From an uncultured Methanosarcinales archaeon (GTDB lineage: Archaea > Nanobdellota > Nanobdellia > Woesearchaeales > ARS49): a stretch of 64,000 nucleotides of DNA. Both the position numbers and the translations under genes were made by a program. A model generated the notes under the pieces. That model was not told where the DNA came from. It saw only the letters and a list, made by a program, of their open reading frames with translations, and made no database searches. The stretch is from contig CAYUPS010000002.1 in assembly GCA_964445485.1 (NCBI GenBank), positions 38,055 through 102,054 on the forward strand. The letters are read 5' to 3'. Below, one piece after another: positions 9,191 to 18,965 of the stretch. Numbering within the stretch: the stretch's first letter is position 1; every line of letters starts with the position of its first letter.

Positions 9191-10249
9191 ATGAGCTGCG
9201 GCCCGAAACAGATCAGCGACGAGAAGAGACGCGACTTCGAGAAGCAGGGATACCGCGTCGTGGGCAGCCACAGCGTGGTGAAAGTCTGCGAGTGGACCAA
9301 GAAGGCGCTCAAAGGCTGCACCGCCTGCTACAAATCGACATTCTACGGCATCCAATCCTGGAGGTGCGTCGAGATGAGCCCCACCTGGTTCTGCGACCAC
9401 CGTTGCGTGTTCTGCTGGAGAGACACGAAGTTCTCATGGCCCGCATGGACTGGCCCTGTCGACGAGCCGAAGGATATCGTGGACGGTTGCATCGATGCGT
9501 GGAAGAACCTGCTCGTTGGCTTCAAAGGCAACGAGAAGGCGGACAAGAAGCGCTATGAAGAGAGCCTCATGCCTCTCCACTTCGCCATCTCCCTCACAGG
9601 CGAGCCCACTATGTACCCGAAGCTGCCGGAGCTCATCGAAGAGATCCACCGCAGGGGCATGAGCACGTTCCTCGTCACCAACGGCACCATCCCCGACATG
9701 ATCGAGAAACTCGCCCAGCACCCTCCCACACAGCTCTACGTCTCGGTCTACGGCCCGAACGAAGAGGTGTACCGCAAGACAGCGGACCCCCTGCCGAAAG
9801 ACGCGTGGCAGCGCCTGCAACGCACATTCAGCCTGCTCCCGCGCTTCCCCCGGAAGACTATCAGGCTCACGCTCACCAAAGGCTGGAACATGGTCGACCC
9901 CGAAGGGTATGCCCTGCTGCTCAAAGATGTCGATTTTGATTTCCTCGAGCTGAAAGGATACGTATGGGTCGGCCACAGCAGGGAGAGGCTCGAGCATGCC
10001 AACGCTCCGAGCCACGAAGAGATACTCGAATTCGGCCGCCGCGTCGCTGCCGCAGGCGGATGGACCATCGTATCGCAGCGCGCAGAGAGCCGAGTCATCC
10101 TCCTCATGAAAGACGAGAGCAAGCGGCGCATGCTGCCCATCCAGGAGATGCGCCTTGAGCGGGAGCGCCTCGCGGCGATCGATGCGCAGGAAACTGCCAA
10201 GAAGAGGGCAGGCCTTCCTGTGATCAGCGAGAGTTCTTGCGCGTGCTGA
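9191..10249 (+). CDS. taw1: tRNA 4-demethylwyosine synthase (radical SAM, Taw1/TYW1 family)
   Basis: Radical-SAM cluster CDHRCVFCWR, second Cys cluster, TYW1-typical layout. Start may be 9179 or 9191; 9191 gives TATA-to-ATG spacing of about 26 nt. Confidence 0.75.
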   Translation: MSCGPKQISDEKRRDFEKQGYRVVGSHSVVKVCEWTKKALKGCTACYKSTFYGIQSWRCVEMSPTWFCDHRCVFCWRDTKFSWPAWTGPVDEPKDIVDGCIDAWKNLLVGFKGNEKADKKRYEESLMPLHFAISLTGEPTMYPKLPELIEEIHRRGMSTFLVTNGTIPDMIEKLAQHPPTQLYVSVYGPNEEVYRKTADPLPKDAWQRLQRTFSLLPRFPRKTIRLTLTKGWNMVDPEGYALLLKDVDFDFLELKGYVWVGHSRERLEHANAPSHEEILEFGRRVAAAGGWTIVSQRAESRVILLMKDESKRRMLPIQEMRLERERLAAIDAQETAKKRAGLPVISESSCAC

Positions 10250-11574
10250 ACCACACTTCTCCGCGCCGCACCCTGCAGATGAGGAATTTCGCCGTCCGCT
10301 GCAGGCCCCGCACCGGATGCATGTGCACGACCCAGTTCACGACTTCTGCGGGATAATGCTCTTCCTTCTTCCGGGGCTCCTGCACGAACGCGAGCAGCAC
10401 AGAAGAGGACGCGCGGAGCATGAAGGAGAGGAGGAAGATGAACTGAGGTGCGGTGAACCACAGCAGGCCGCCTCTGAAGCCATCATCTATCATGCCGCCG
10501 ATAATGGGGCTGATGATCATCGGTATTGCTGTGAGCAGGTTGTAGGTGGCGGTCTCGGCCGCCCTCCTGCCCTGCGTCGTCAGGCCGAGCAGCAGGTTGA
10601 AGAGCGTGATGTCGACGCCCGCCCATGAGACACCTGTGATGATCGAGGTCAGCGCGAGGACCCACTCCCTGCCGGGCAGGACGAAGACATATGACAGCGG
10701 AACGAACGCCGCGCCCATGATGCTGAGGAACGCGACAGGCTTGTCCCCGAACCGGTCCGAGAGCCTGCCGGCAATCGGATAAGAGAGTATCTTGACAAGT
10801 GTCGACGCCGCGCCGACAGCCGCGTAGAGGGTATAGGAGAGGTTGATGTCACGCAGAAGATAGATTGACATGAGGGGCGATGCGATCTGCACGGAGAAAT
10901 TGAAGAACATGACACACCACAGCAGCGGACGGAGCGTCGATGGCACTGTGAGGAAGTCCTTGAGCGAATGGCGTTCGTGGGCGCAGTCTTCAGCCTCATG
11001 GACGCGCCTCAGCGAGAGGCTCGCTCCGAGACCGAATGCGATGCCTACGCAGAAGAGCGCCGTGAACCCCCACAATGATCCTTTTTGGAACAAGTCGAGG
11101 AAGTGGCCTGCGAGCAGCGCAGTCACCATACCCGCGAAACCCAGAAGCCTAAGCCGCATGCCGAAGAACCTGCCGCGGGTCTTGGCAGGGACGATATCCG
11201 CCGTCAGCGATGTCCACGCGGGATCGGATGCCGATTCGAGCAGCTTCAGGAGAGTGAAACCGCCGAGGACCACCTGCAGAGGATTGTTCTGGAAGAGGAA
11301 CGGCGCTGCCGCGACCGCAAGCCACCCGAAACGGGAGACCAGAGTGAGCGCGAGGTATGCGGGTTTCTTGCGGTACTTCTCTGCAAGCCAGGCTCCAGGT
11401 ATCTCGCCCACCATGACCGCGAGGAACTGCAAGGACGTGATGAGGCCGACAATCGTGCTCGAAGCGCCCAGCGCGAGAGCGAACGCGGGCAAGAACGCGG
11501 CGGTCATGCCGTCATAGATGGCCCACATCCAGCCGTTGCGCATGAGGCGCCGCTGATCCTGGGTGTACCTCATA
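10224..11574 (-). CDS. MFS transporter
   Basis: 12 predicted TM helices, MFS-like motifs. ATG 11574 overlaps the upstream phosphoesterase stop (ATATGAGG). Confidence 0.7.
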
Positions 11575-12166
11575 TGTCCACCACCCGCCCGCGCGGGCCC
11601 GGATTGATGACTGTCGCCTTGCCCAGTCGGTCCTCTTTGCCTGCGCATTCGTGGAAGTGACCGCACACGCCGAGGATGACGTTCTTGCGCGCCTTGATGA
11701 AGTCGCTGAATGATCTGTTCCCGCAATGGCTGCCCAGGTCATCGAGCTCCGTCCCGAAGAAAGGCGCGTGCACAACGAGAACAACGCGGCCGGCAGCGCG
11801 TATGAGCCGGTCATTCGCCTTCACCCACCGCTCGAACGGCGCATCGCGGGCATCGAACCCGCCGCCGCCCCACCCCATGAGGGTCACATCGCCGTGACGT
11901 AGTATCTTCTTGTGTATGAATCTGATGCGCCGGCAGCGCTTGACCGCCTTGCGCACGCCTTCCTCAGTCTCATGGTTACCATGAACGAGAAAGACAGGCA
12001 CGCCCAATGCGTCGATGCGGCCGAGCATGGGCTCAAGCTGCTGCTCGAACACCGTGAAATCGCCCGCGCACACGACAGCATCAGGCTTGGCAGCCTTGAC
12101 CTGCGCGTGGAGCGCTTTGAGCGCTGCGACGCTCTCATGCAAGTCTGCGAAGCACAGCAGGCGCAT
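11570..12166 (-). CDS. Metallophosphoesterase (calcineurin-like, YfcE-like)
   Basis: LLCFADLHE...GDF...GNHE...GH motifs of the metallophosphatase fold. Confidence 0.65.
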   Translation of the reverse strand: MRLLCFADLHESVAALKALHAQVKAAKPDAVVCAGDFTVFEQQLEPMLGRIDALGVPVFLVHGNHETEEGVRKAVKRCRRIRFIHKKILRHGDVTLMGWGGGGFDARDAPFERWVKANDRLIRAAGRVVLVVHAPFFGTELDDLGSHCGNRSFSDFIKARKNVILGVCGHFHECAGKEDRLGKATVINPGPRGRVVDI

Positions 12167-12191
12167 GCCGATTATCAAGGAGAACTGCTAT

Positions 12192-13394
12192 TTAAGAATG
12201 ACTCCCTGATTCGGCGTAATAATCCTCGAGGACGATGCGGTCCACATCAGCCAATGAATGGACGACATACAGCCTCCCTTCGCCGATAGAGACTATCTGC
12301 CTCGCCAGATCAACGCCCGCAGAGTCCAGGTCTATGCCCACGACCGATATCGTGATGCCCACCGCGCGGGCGGCGGAGACTGCCTGCAGGGTCTCCTTCT
12401 CAGGCGCCTCCCCCACTGTCGGCAGCGCGTCAGTGAGTATGAGAAGATGCTTGGTGGACGCGCCCGGCTGGAACAGCTCTATCGACTTGGTGATCATCTT
12501 CGTGAAGTCCGTCTGCATCGAGGCGCGGACCCGCACGAGCGCCCGCAGGAGCCTGCCGAACTCATCGGTCGGCTCTATAGCCTCCTTAATGTCTGTGCCG
12601 AAGACGACTATGCCGACGCGGTCCTTGCGCTCGACCGCCTTGAACGCGAGTGCCACGCCAGCCTTCTTCGCAGTCTCTATCTTCTTGCCGCGCATGCTCG
12701 CGCTCGCGTCGATGCCATAGATGATCTGCAGCATGCCCTTGGACTCCCTCGGCGCCACGCGCAACGTCTCAGCCGTCAGCGAGGAGTTGCCGCGTCGGAT
12801 TGCTTGCCGCAATGACTGCCGCACCGAGATGTCTTTGTACCGGTCGCCTTTGCGGAACTGGCGCGTCTCCTTGCGGTCGCCATAGCGTGATTCGCGCTTT
12901 GCCTGCCTCTCGCCAGTGAACCCTTTGGGAGTGACCATGTCGATCTCCTGCGCGTACAGGACGAGCGCAGCGAGCTCAAGACCCTTCTCCGTGATGCGCC
13001 CGTGGTCGTCGAGGACTTCCTTGCCGTGCATCTCATCCATGCGGCGGGCGATCTGCGTCTTGAGCTCTTTTTGGAATTCCGGGATGTGCAGGTTCCTCTC
13101 GATATACTGCGGCATGTAGCCTGTCACGAGACGTATGAGCCTATCGCCGTACAATTGCTTGGCGAGCGCGTACTTCTTGGTGAGCTGCTCGAAGAACAGA
13201 TCGACGGTGAATCCTGAGATGTTGTGGCTGAGGCTCTCAGCGACCAGTTCGCCCTGCTCAAGCATCGCCTGGTCATGGTCGAGGACTGCGCGCATTAACT
13301 GTTCATTGCTGAATCCGCTGCCGCCGGACTCCTGCGCATCTTCGGATTCTGGGGTGGGAGCTGCCTTCGCGTCCCCGCTAAAGGCACTCACCAC
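12192..13394 (-). CDS. VWA (von Willebrand factor A) domain protein, MoxR-associated
   Basis: C-terminal VWA with MIDAS-like DASASM...TD. Start is ambiguous: GTG overlapping the moxR stop at about 13394, or ATG at 13295. N-terminal 190-aa helical extension. Confidence 0.6.
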   Translation of the reverse strand: MVSAFSGDAKAAPTPESEDAQESGGSGFSNEQLMRAVLDHDQAMLEQGELVAESLSHNISGFTVDLFFEQLTKKYALAKQLYGDRLIRLVTGYMPQYIERNLHIPEFQKELKTQIARRMDEMHGKEVLDDHGRITEKGLELAALVLYAQEIDMVTPKGFTGERQAKRESRYGDRKETRQFRKGDRYKDISVRQSLRQAIRRGNSSLTAETLRVAPRESKGMLQIIYGIDASASMRGKKIETAKKAGVALAFKAVERKDRVGIVVFGTDIKEAIEPTDEFGRLLRALVRVRASMQTDFTKMITKSIELFQPGASTKHLLILTDALPTVGEAPEKETLQAVSAARAVGITISVVGIDLDSAGVDLARQIVSIGEGRLYVVHSLADVDRIVLEDYYAESGSHS

Positions 13395-14364
13395 CGTCGG
13401 CGAGCTCGGTATGCTCTCTGCAGAATTCCGCGAACCTGGCGCGCACGAACTCCTGCGCGCTCTGTAAGTACTTGACGCTCGGCTTGAGTTCGATGCGGTG
13501 GGAGAGGACGGAGAGTATCGCTGCGGCGATATCGGATGCGTTGACGCTCTTGCGTTTGGCGAGGATCGCATTCGCTTGCGACCGCTCGTAGAGCCCAAGC
13601 GTCGCGCGCACCGACGGCTTCTTGTGGACGTCCTTGTGGTCGCGCAGGAGACGGACGAACTCAATCATCAGGGAGAGCAAGGGCACAGGAAATTCTGCGC
13701 CGAGCGAAGCGCCGTGCGCGCGCGTGATCTCTGCCTCGATCGCGGAAGTCTCAGGATAGCCCATATGGATGACATCGAACCTATCGAGGAAGACATCGGA
13801 GAGGCGTTCTGTCGCGGAAGTCTCCTCGGGGTTCATGGTGCCGATGAAGATGAACTGCGCAGGGATGTCGATGAGGTACGCGCCAATGGTCGCGCGGTGC
13901 TCCTCGAGCACCTGCAGGAGGCTGTTCTGGAGCTTCTCAGGGCACCTGTTGAGCTCATCAAAGAAGAGGACGCCGCCGTTGGCGCGGAAAATCTTACCGG
14001 GCGTGAACGCCTCAAGAGAGGTGGGGCCGAACTGCAGGGCTTTGATCGGATCGATATCTCCCAGCAAGTCCTCCACAGTGAGGTCGGGGGAGCCTTGGAT
14101 ACGGACGAATCTCTCCGTCACGATCGAGGGCATGCCTTTGGCGATCTGTTTGGGCGCGGTGTCCGCCGCAGGGAGGAGCGCGGCGACGCTCTTCGCCAGC
14201 GAGGTCTTGCCGACGCCCGGAGGTCCGACGATGATGACATGGCGTCCTGCGAGAAGCGCGGACTTGAGCTGCTGCTTGGCCGCGGATTGGCCGATGATCC
14301 CCTTGAACGGGTCGTCTGATGCGAACAGCTTCGCGAAATGTGCAGACCACATGAAGAGGCCCAT
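13378..14364 (-). CDS. moxR: MoxR-family AAA+ ATPase
   Basis: Walker A GPPGVGKT, Walker B FFDELNR, sensor motifs, MoxR-type C-terminal helical lid. Confidence 0.75.
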   Translation of the reverse strand: MGLFMWSAHFAKLFASDDPFKGIIGQSAAKQQLKSALLAGRHVIIVGPPGVGKTSLAKSVAALLPAADTAPKQIAKGMPSIVTERFVRIQGSPDLTVEDLLGDIDPIKALQFGPTSLEAFTPGKIFRANGGVLFFDELNRCPEKLQNSLLQVLEEHRATIGAYLIDIPAQFIFIGTMNPEETSATERLSDVFLDRFDVIHMGYPETSAIEAEITRAHGASLGAEFPVPLLSLMIEFVRLLRDHKDVHKKPSVRATLGLYERSQANAILAKRKSVNASDIAAAILSVLSHRIELKPSVKYLQSAQEFVRARFAEFCREHTELADGGECL

Positions 14365-14566
14365 GCGCGGCTGATTTAAAAAGATGCGGGGCTCATGCGC
14401 GAGTGAGCCACAGGAACAGCGCAGCGGTCGCGGCGACGCAGAACACCAAGAAGAACACTTCCATCACTTCGGCGCGTCGCGAGAGTCTCATTTTCCGGAG
14501 CGAGACCGATGCGATGCCTGATTTATATACTTTTCGGGATAAAAAATAGGAAAGAAACGAAAGAAC

Positions 14567-14866
14567 TCAACGCCTGCGGCGCGATCCTGCGCGGCGCTTC
14601 GAGCGCCTGCGCGATGAACCACGGGCCTTCCTGAGCATGCTCTTACCGCGGCTCAATTCGCGCTTGGCCTCGGACAGGGCGAATGACATCACCCGCTTGT
14701 TCTCGCGCTTGGCCTCTGCGAGAACCTCACGCGCAAGACGTTTCGCCGCAGACGGCGTCACGCCAGATGCGCGCGAGAGCGCCTTGACCTGTTTCTCTAC
14801 CTGGCGCGGCGCCATGCGGAGCGCGCGCACGCCAAGACTCATGGCTCGTTTCAGATGTTTCAGCAT
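14567..14866 (-). CDS. Small highly basic hypothetical protein (Lys/Arg-rich helices, Arg-rich tail)
   Basis: 99 aa, SD-like GGGGG 8 nt before the ATG. No recognisable family. Confidence 0.3.
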   Translation of the reverse strand: MLKHLKRAMSLGVRALRMAPRQVEKQVKALSRASGVTPSAAKRLAREVLAEAKRENKRVMSFALSEAKRELSRGKSMLRKARGSSRRRSKRRAGSRRRR

Positions 14867-14908
14867 TGCAAATCCCCCTTTTTTCTTGACAGGCAGTCGC
14901 GCCGCGGC

Positions 14909-16585
14909 CTATTTATATTTTTCGCCGTGCGGGTCGTTGTCTCTGCTGCCTTCGCGCAATATCGAGACTGCGAGCATGCCGAAGAGGAACAGCGCGACAG
15001 CGAGAGAGAGCGTCGACATGACAGGATAGCCGACAATGGAAGGGCCGACATCCGAGAGGAGCGCGCCGCTCACGACAAACGCGGCGGAGAGGAGCGCGAG
15101 AGAGATGCGGTTGCTCGAAAACGCGATGTCAAGGCCGAGGTGGCGCACATCGGTGTCAGAGAGCTGCACGCGCACCGAGCCCTGCTTGATCCGCTCAAGA
15201 GCGTCGATCGCCTCCTGCGGCAGGTCGACGAGCGCTGAAGACACTGTACGCATCCGGGTCATCGCGGCGGACGCCAATTGCGTAGGCGACTGCTTCTTGC
15301 GGGCCAGCGCGGCGACGCGCGTCTTGCTGAACTCGAGGAAATTGAATGAGGGATTGAGCTGCATCGTCGTGCTCTCGACAGTCATGAGCGCCTTGCCGAA
15401 GAGTATCACATCCAAGGGGAGGACGATGCCGTGCTTGTAGCAGTTGGTGAACAATTGCTGCATCATCAGCGTCGGGCGCAGGCGTTTCGGATCGGAATAC
15501 CAGACCGCAAGGATGCGCAGTGTCTCGCGCTCGAATGCGCTCAGGTCGGTGTCATCCGAAGGTGTGCCGAGCTTGATGAGCGACCTGACAATCATCTGCG
15601 GCTCATGGCTGACGAGAGCTGAGAAGAGATGCAAGAGCGTGCGCCGCAGCGGTTCATCGAGCGCTCCGGTGATGCCGAAATCGAGGAGCCCCAGACGGTT
15701 GTCAGGCGTGAGGATTAGGTTTCCCGGATGGAGATCGGCGTGGAAGACGCCGCGCTCGAACACCTGCACGAGCATCGCATCGGCGAGCTCATCCGCCAGG
15801 TGCGCAATGCCGCGCCGGCCGCGCGACCGGAGCACATCCGAGAGCTTCTCTCCGGGGAGGTAGTCCATCGTGAGCACACGGCTCGTGGACTGCGCCCAGT
15901 GGACTTTCGGGACGAGAATGTGCTTGCTGTGGGCGAACAGCGAGTGGAACGCATCGATCGCCTGCGCCTCGATGAGGAAGTCGAGCTCGCGCTTGGTGTA
16001 CCTGTCGAATTCAGTCACTATCGAGAGCGGCGCGAAATCGCGGAAGCGCTTGCGATGCGCGACCTTGTGCGCCAGATAATAGAGGACTTCGATGTCTTCC
16101 TCGAACTGCTGGCGCACGCGCGGCCGCTGCACTTTCACGACCACTTCCCGGCCGGTTCGCAGTTTCGCGTAATGGACCTGTGCGACGCTCGCAGAGCCGA
16201 GCGGCTTGCGGCTGAATGCGGAATACGCAGTGCTGAGAGGTTTTCCCAATTCCGCCTCGATGACTGTGCGCACCTGCTCGAACGGCAGCGGCGCGGCGCG
16301 GTCGAAGAGCTTCTGGAATTCAAGGCAGTACTCTGCAGGCACGAGGTCGGGACGCATGGCGAGCAGTTGGCCGAGCTTGACATACGCACCGCCCAGGTCC
16401 TCCATCGTCTTGCGCAGGCGCACGGGGATATCTGAGGGCATGTCGCCGTCGCCGAATGTCCACCGGTCAAAGAGAGGGAGATGCCAGCGGAGGCCGAGCT
16501 GGTCAATCACTGCCCTAAAGCCATGCTTGAGGAGGATGGTGACGACACGCGAGACGCGCGGCATGCTGCGGGATGAGCGGGACAT
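14909..16585 (-). CDS. ABC1/UbiB (ADCK) atypical kinase family protein with C-terminal TM helices
   Basis: VAQVHYAKL lysine motif, kinase catalytic loop HADLHPGNL, DFG. Two C-terminal TM segments. Confidence 0.7.
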   Translation of the reverse strand: MSRSSRSMPRVSRVVTILLKHGFRAVIDQLGLRWHLPLFDRWTFGDGDMPSDIPVRLRKTMEDLGGAYVKLGQLLAMRPDLVPAEYCLEFQKLFDRAAPLPFEQVRTVIEAELGKPLSTAYSAFSRKPLGSASVAQVHYAKLRTGREVVVKVQRPRVRQQFEEDIEVLYYLAHKVAHRKRFRDFAPLSIVTEFDRYTKRELDFLIEAQAIDAFHSLFAHSKHILVPKVHWAQSTSRVLTMDYLPGEKLSDVLRSRGRRGIAHLADELADAMLVQVFERGVFHADLHPGNLILTPDNRLGLLDFGITGALDEPLRRTLLHLFSALVSHEPQMIVRSLIKLGTPSDDTDLSAFERETLRILAVWYSDPKRLRPTLMMQQLFTNCYKHGIVLPLDVILFGKALMTVESTTMQLNPSFNFLEFSKTRVAALARKKQSPTQLASAAMTRMRTVSSALVDLPQEAIDALERIKQGSVRVQLSDTDVRHLGLDIAFSSNRISLALLSAAFVVSGALLSDVGPSIVGYPVMSTLSLAVALFLFGMLAVSILREGSRDNDPHGEKYK

Positions 16586-16668
16586 CGTCCTTTTACGGCA
16601 GACTCCCGGCTATATATTATTTACGCCAACCATATCATTTTTAAATCGCAGCTAGCAACCACCTGGCC

Positions 16669-18951
16669 ATGTACGAACTGATAGTCACGGAGAAGCCCGC
16701 CTCTGCCAAGAAGGTCGCCGAGGCGCTCACGGACAGCAAACCCATCAGGAAAGGCGACAAAGGGGTGTATTACTACGAGCTGACGCACAACGGCAAAGAT
16801 ATCGTGGTCGCCTGCGCCGTCGGCCATCTCTTCGGACTCGCCGAGAAGCAGAAGAGCGGATTCCGCTTCCCCGTCTTCGACATCCACTGGGTCCCCCTGC
16901 ACGAGACATCCAAAACCTCTGCGTTCTCCAAGAAATACCTCGACAATCTCAAGAAGCTCGCCAAAGATGCGGACGGGGTCACTGTCGCATGCGACTACGA
17001 TGTCGAAGGAGAGGTCATCGGCCTGAACGTCGTGCGGTACGTGTGCAAGAAGAGCGACGCCAAACGCATGAAGTTCAGCACTCTCACCAAGCCCGATCTC
17101 GTCAAAGCGTACGAGGACGCGTCGGCGCACCTCGACTGGGGCCAAGCCGAAGCAGGCGAGACACGCCACTACCTCGACTACTACTACGGCATCAATCTAT
17201 CCCGCGCGCTCACGAGCGCCATCAAGAAAGCGGGCATGTTCAAGATCCTCAGCACGGGCCGCGTGCAGGGTCCCGCGCTCAAGATCATCACAGACCGCGA
17301 GAAAGAGATCAAAGCGTTCAAACCGGTGCCGTTCTGGCAATTGCAGCTGATCGGCGATGCAAAAGGAGGCCCGATCGACGCGTGGCACCAGACCGACAAG
17401 TTCTGGGAGCAGGACACCGCGAAGGGCATCCATGAGCGGGTCAAGGCATCGACGAAAGGGAAAGTCAGCGACACGACCAGCGAGAGATTCTCGCAGAAGC
17501 CCCCGACGCCATTCGATCTCACAACGCTGCAGAGCGAAGCGTACAGGCTCTTTGGCATCAAGCCCAAGCACACGCTGGATATCGCGCAGCAGCTCTACAC
17601 CTCAGGAGTCATCTCATACCCGCGCACCTCCAGCCAGCAGTTGCCAGAGAGCATCGGGTACGCCCAGATAATCACTGCGCTCTCTAAACAGGATGAGTAC
17701 GAGAGCTTGGCCAAAGCATTGCTGAAAGTGCAGCCGCTGACGCCAAACAACGGCAAAAAGACAGACCCTGCGCACCCAGCCATCTACCCCACAGGCATCG
17801 CGCCAAAGGGCCTCGAAGGCAGGGATGCGAAGGTCTATGATTTGGTGGTCAAGCGGTTCTTCGCGACATTCTGCCAGGCGGCCGTGCGCGAGACGATGAC
17901 CGCCTCAATCGAGGTCGAGGGGGAGATCTTCGTGGCCAAAGGCACGAGGACAGTCGACCCTCAGTGGCATGTGTTCTACGTACCGTACGTCAAGCTTGAA
18001 GAGCTGGAGCTGCCGCATGTCACCAAAGGCGAGATGGTCACTGTCAGCGCCATCCACCTGCATGCGCGCGAGACGCAACCGCCCAAACGCTTCAGCCCCT
18101 CCTCCATCGTGCGCGAGCTAGAGAAACGCAACCTCGGCACCAAAGCCACACGCGCAGAGATACTCGAGACGCTCTACAGCAGGGATTACATCAAAGGAGA
18201 GGCCATCGAGGCGACGGACTTCGGCATGCACCTCATCGCGGTGCTCGAGAAATACTGCCCGAAGATCGTGGACGAGGCGCTCACGAGCCACTTCGAGATG
18301 GACATGGAATCCATCCGCGAGCGCAGCAAGAAGCAAGACAAAGTCCTCGAAGAAGCGAAGGATGTCATCCTCGGCATCCTGGATGAGTTCAAGGCCAAAG
18401 AGAAGGATATCGGCGAGGGCCTCAAGACGACGTTCGTCGAGACGCGGACCGCGCTCGAGACGCTCGGCCCCTGCCCCCTGTGCAAGAGCGGCAACATCGT
18501 GCTGCGCACAGGCAAGTTCGGCAGGTTCGCCGCGTGCAACAAGTATCCCGAATGCTCTGCCACGTTCAACCTGCCAAAGACTGGCAAGATCGACATGACC
18601 CAGAAGATCTGCGAGCACTGCCAGCACCCCGTCATCCGCATGATCCGCAAGGCCAAGCGGCCGATGGACGTGTGCATCAATCCCAACTGCCCCTCGAAAG
18701 TCTCGCACATCCCCGACATAAGCGGGCGCAAATGCCCCAAGTGCAAGGAAGGCGATCTCGTGCTACGCAAGAGCATCTACGGAGCGTTCATCGCATGCGG
18801 CCGTTTCCCGAAATGCTACTATACTGAGCGCATCCCTGCGCCGGACGAACCTGCAAAGCCCCCCGCCGCGGCCGACCCTGAGAAGAAGCCAGCTGCGAAG
18901 AAAGCGGCCAAGAAAAAGCCCGCTTCGAAGAAAGATTTAAAATCATCCTAG
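16669..18951 (+). CDS. topA: DNA topoisomerase I (type IA), with three C-terminal C4 zinc ribbons
   Basis: Toprim MYELIVTEKPASAKK, catalytic region SYPRTSSQ, three CxxC...CxxC ribbons, Lys-rich tail. TATA ATTTTTAAATC 23 nt upstream of the ATG. Confidence 0.8.
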   Translation: MYELIVTEKPASAKKVAEALTDSKPIRKGDKGVYYYELTHNGKDIVVACAVGHLFGLAEKQKSGFRFPVFDIHWVPLHETSKTSAFSKKYLDNLKKLAKDADGVTVACDYDVEGEVIGLNVVRYVCKKSDAKRMKFSTLTKPDLVKAYEDASAHLDWGQAEAGETRHYLDYYYGINLSRALTSAIKKAGMFKILSTGRVQGPALKIITDREKEIKAFKPVPFWQLQLIGDAKGGPIDAWHQTDKFWEQDTAKGIHERVKASTKGKVSDTTSERFSQKPPTPFDLTTLQSEAYRLFGIKPKHTLDIAQQLYTSGVISYPRTSSQQLPESIGYAQIITALSKQDEYESLAKALLKVQPLTPNNGKKTDPAHPAIYPTGIAPKGLEGRDAKVYDLVVKRFFATFCQAAVRETMTASIEVEGEIFVAKGTRTVDPQWHVFYVPYVKLEELELPHVTKGEMVTVSAIHLHARETQPPKRFSPSSIVRELEKRNLGTKATRAEILETLYSRDYIKGEAIEATDFGMHLIAVLEKYCPKIVDEALTSHFEMDMESIRERSKKQDKVLEEAKDVILGILDEFKAKEKDIGEGLKTTFVETRTALETLGPCPLCKSGNIVLRTGKFGRFAACNKYPECSATFNLPKTGKIDMTQKICEHCQHPVIRMIRKAKRPMDVCINPNCPSKVSHIPDISGRKCPKCKEGDLVLRKSIYGAFIACGRFPKCYYTERIPAPDEPAKPPAAADPEKKPAAKKAAKKKPASKKDLKSS

Positions 18952-18965
18952 GCAGCGGGAGACCC

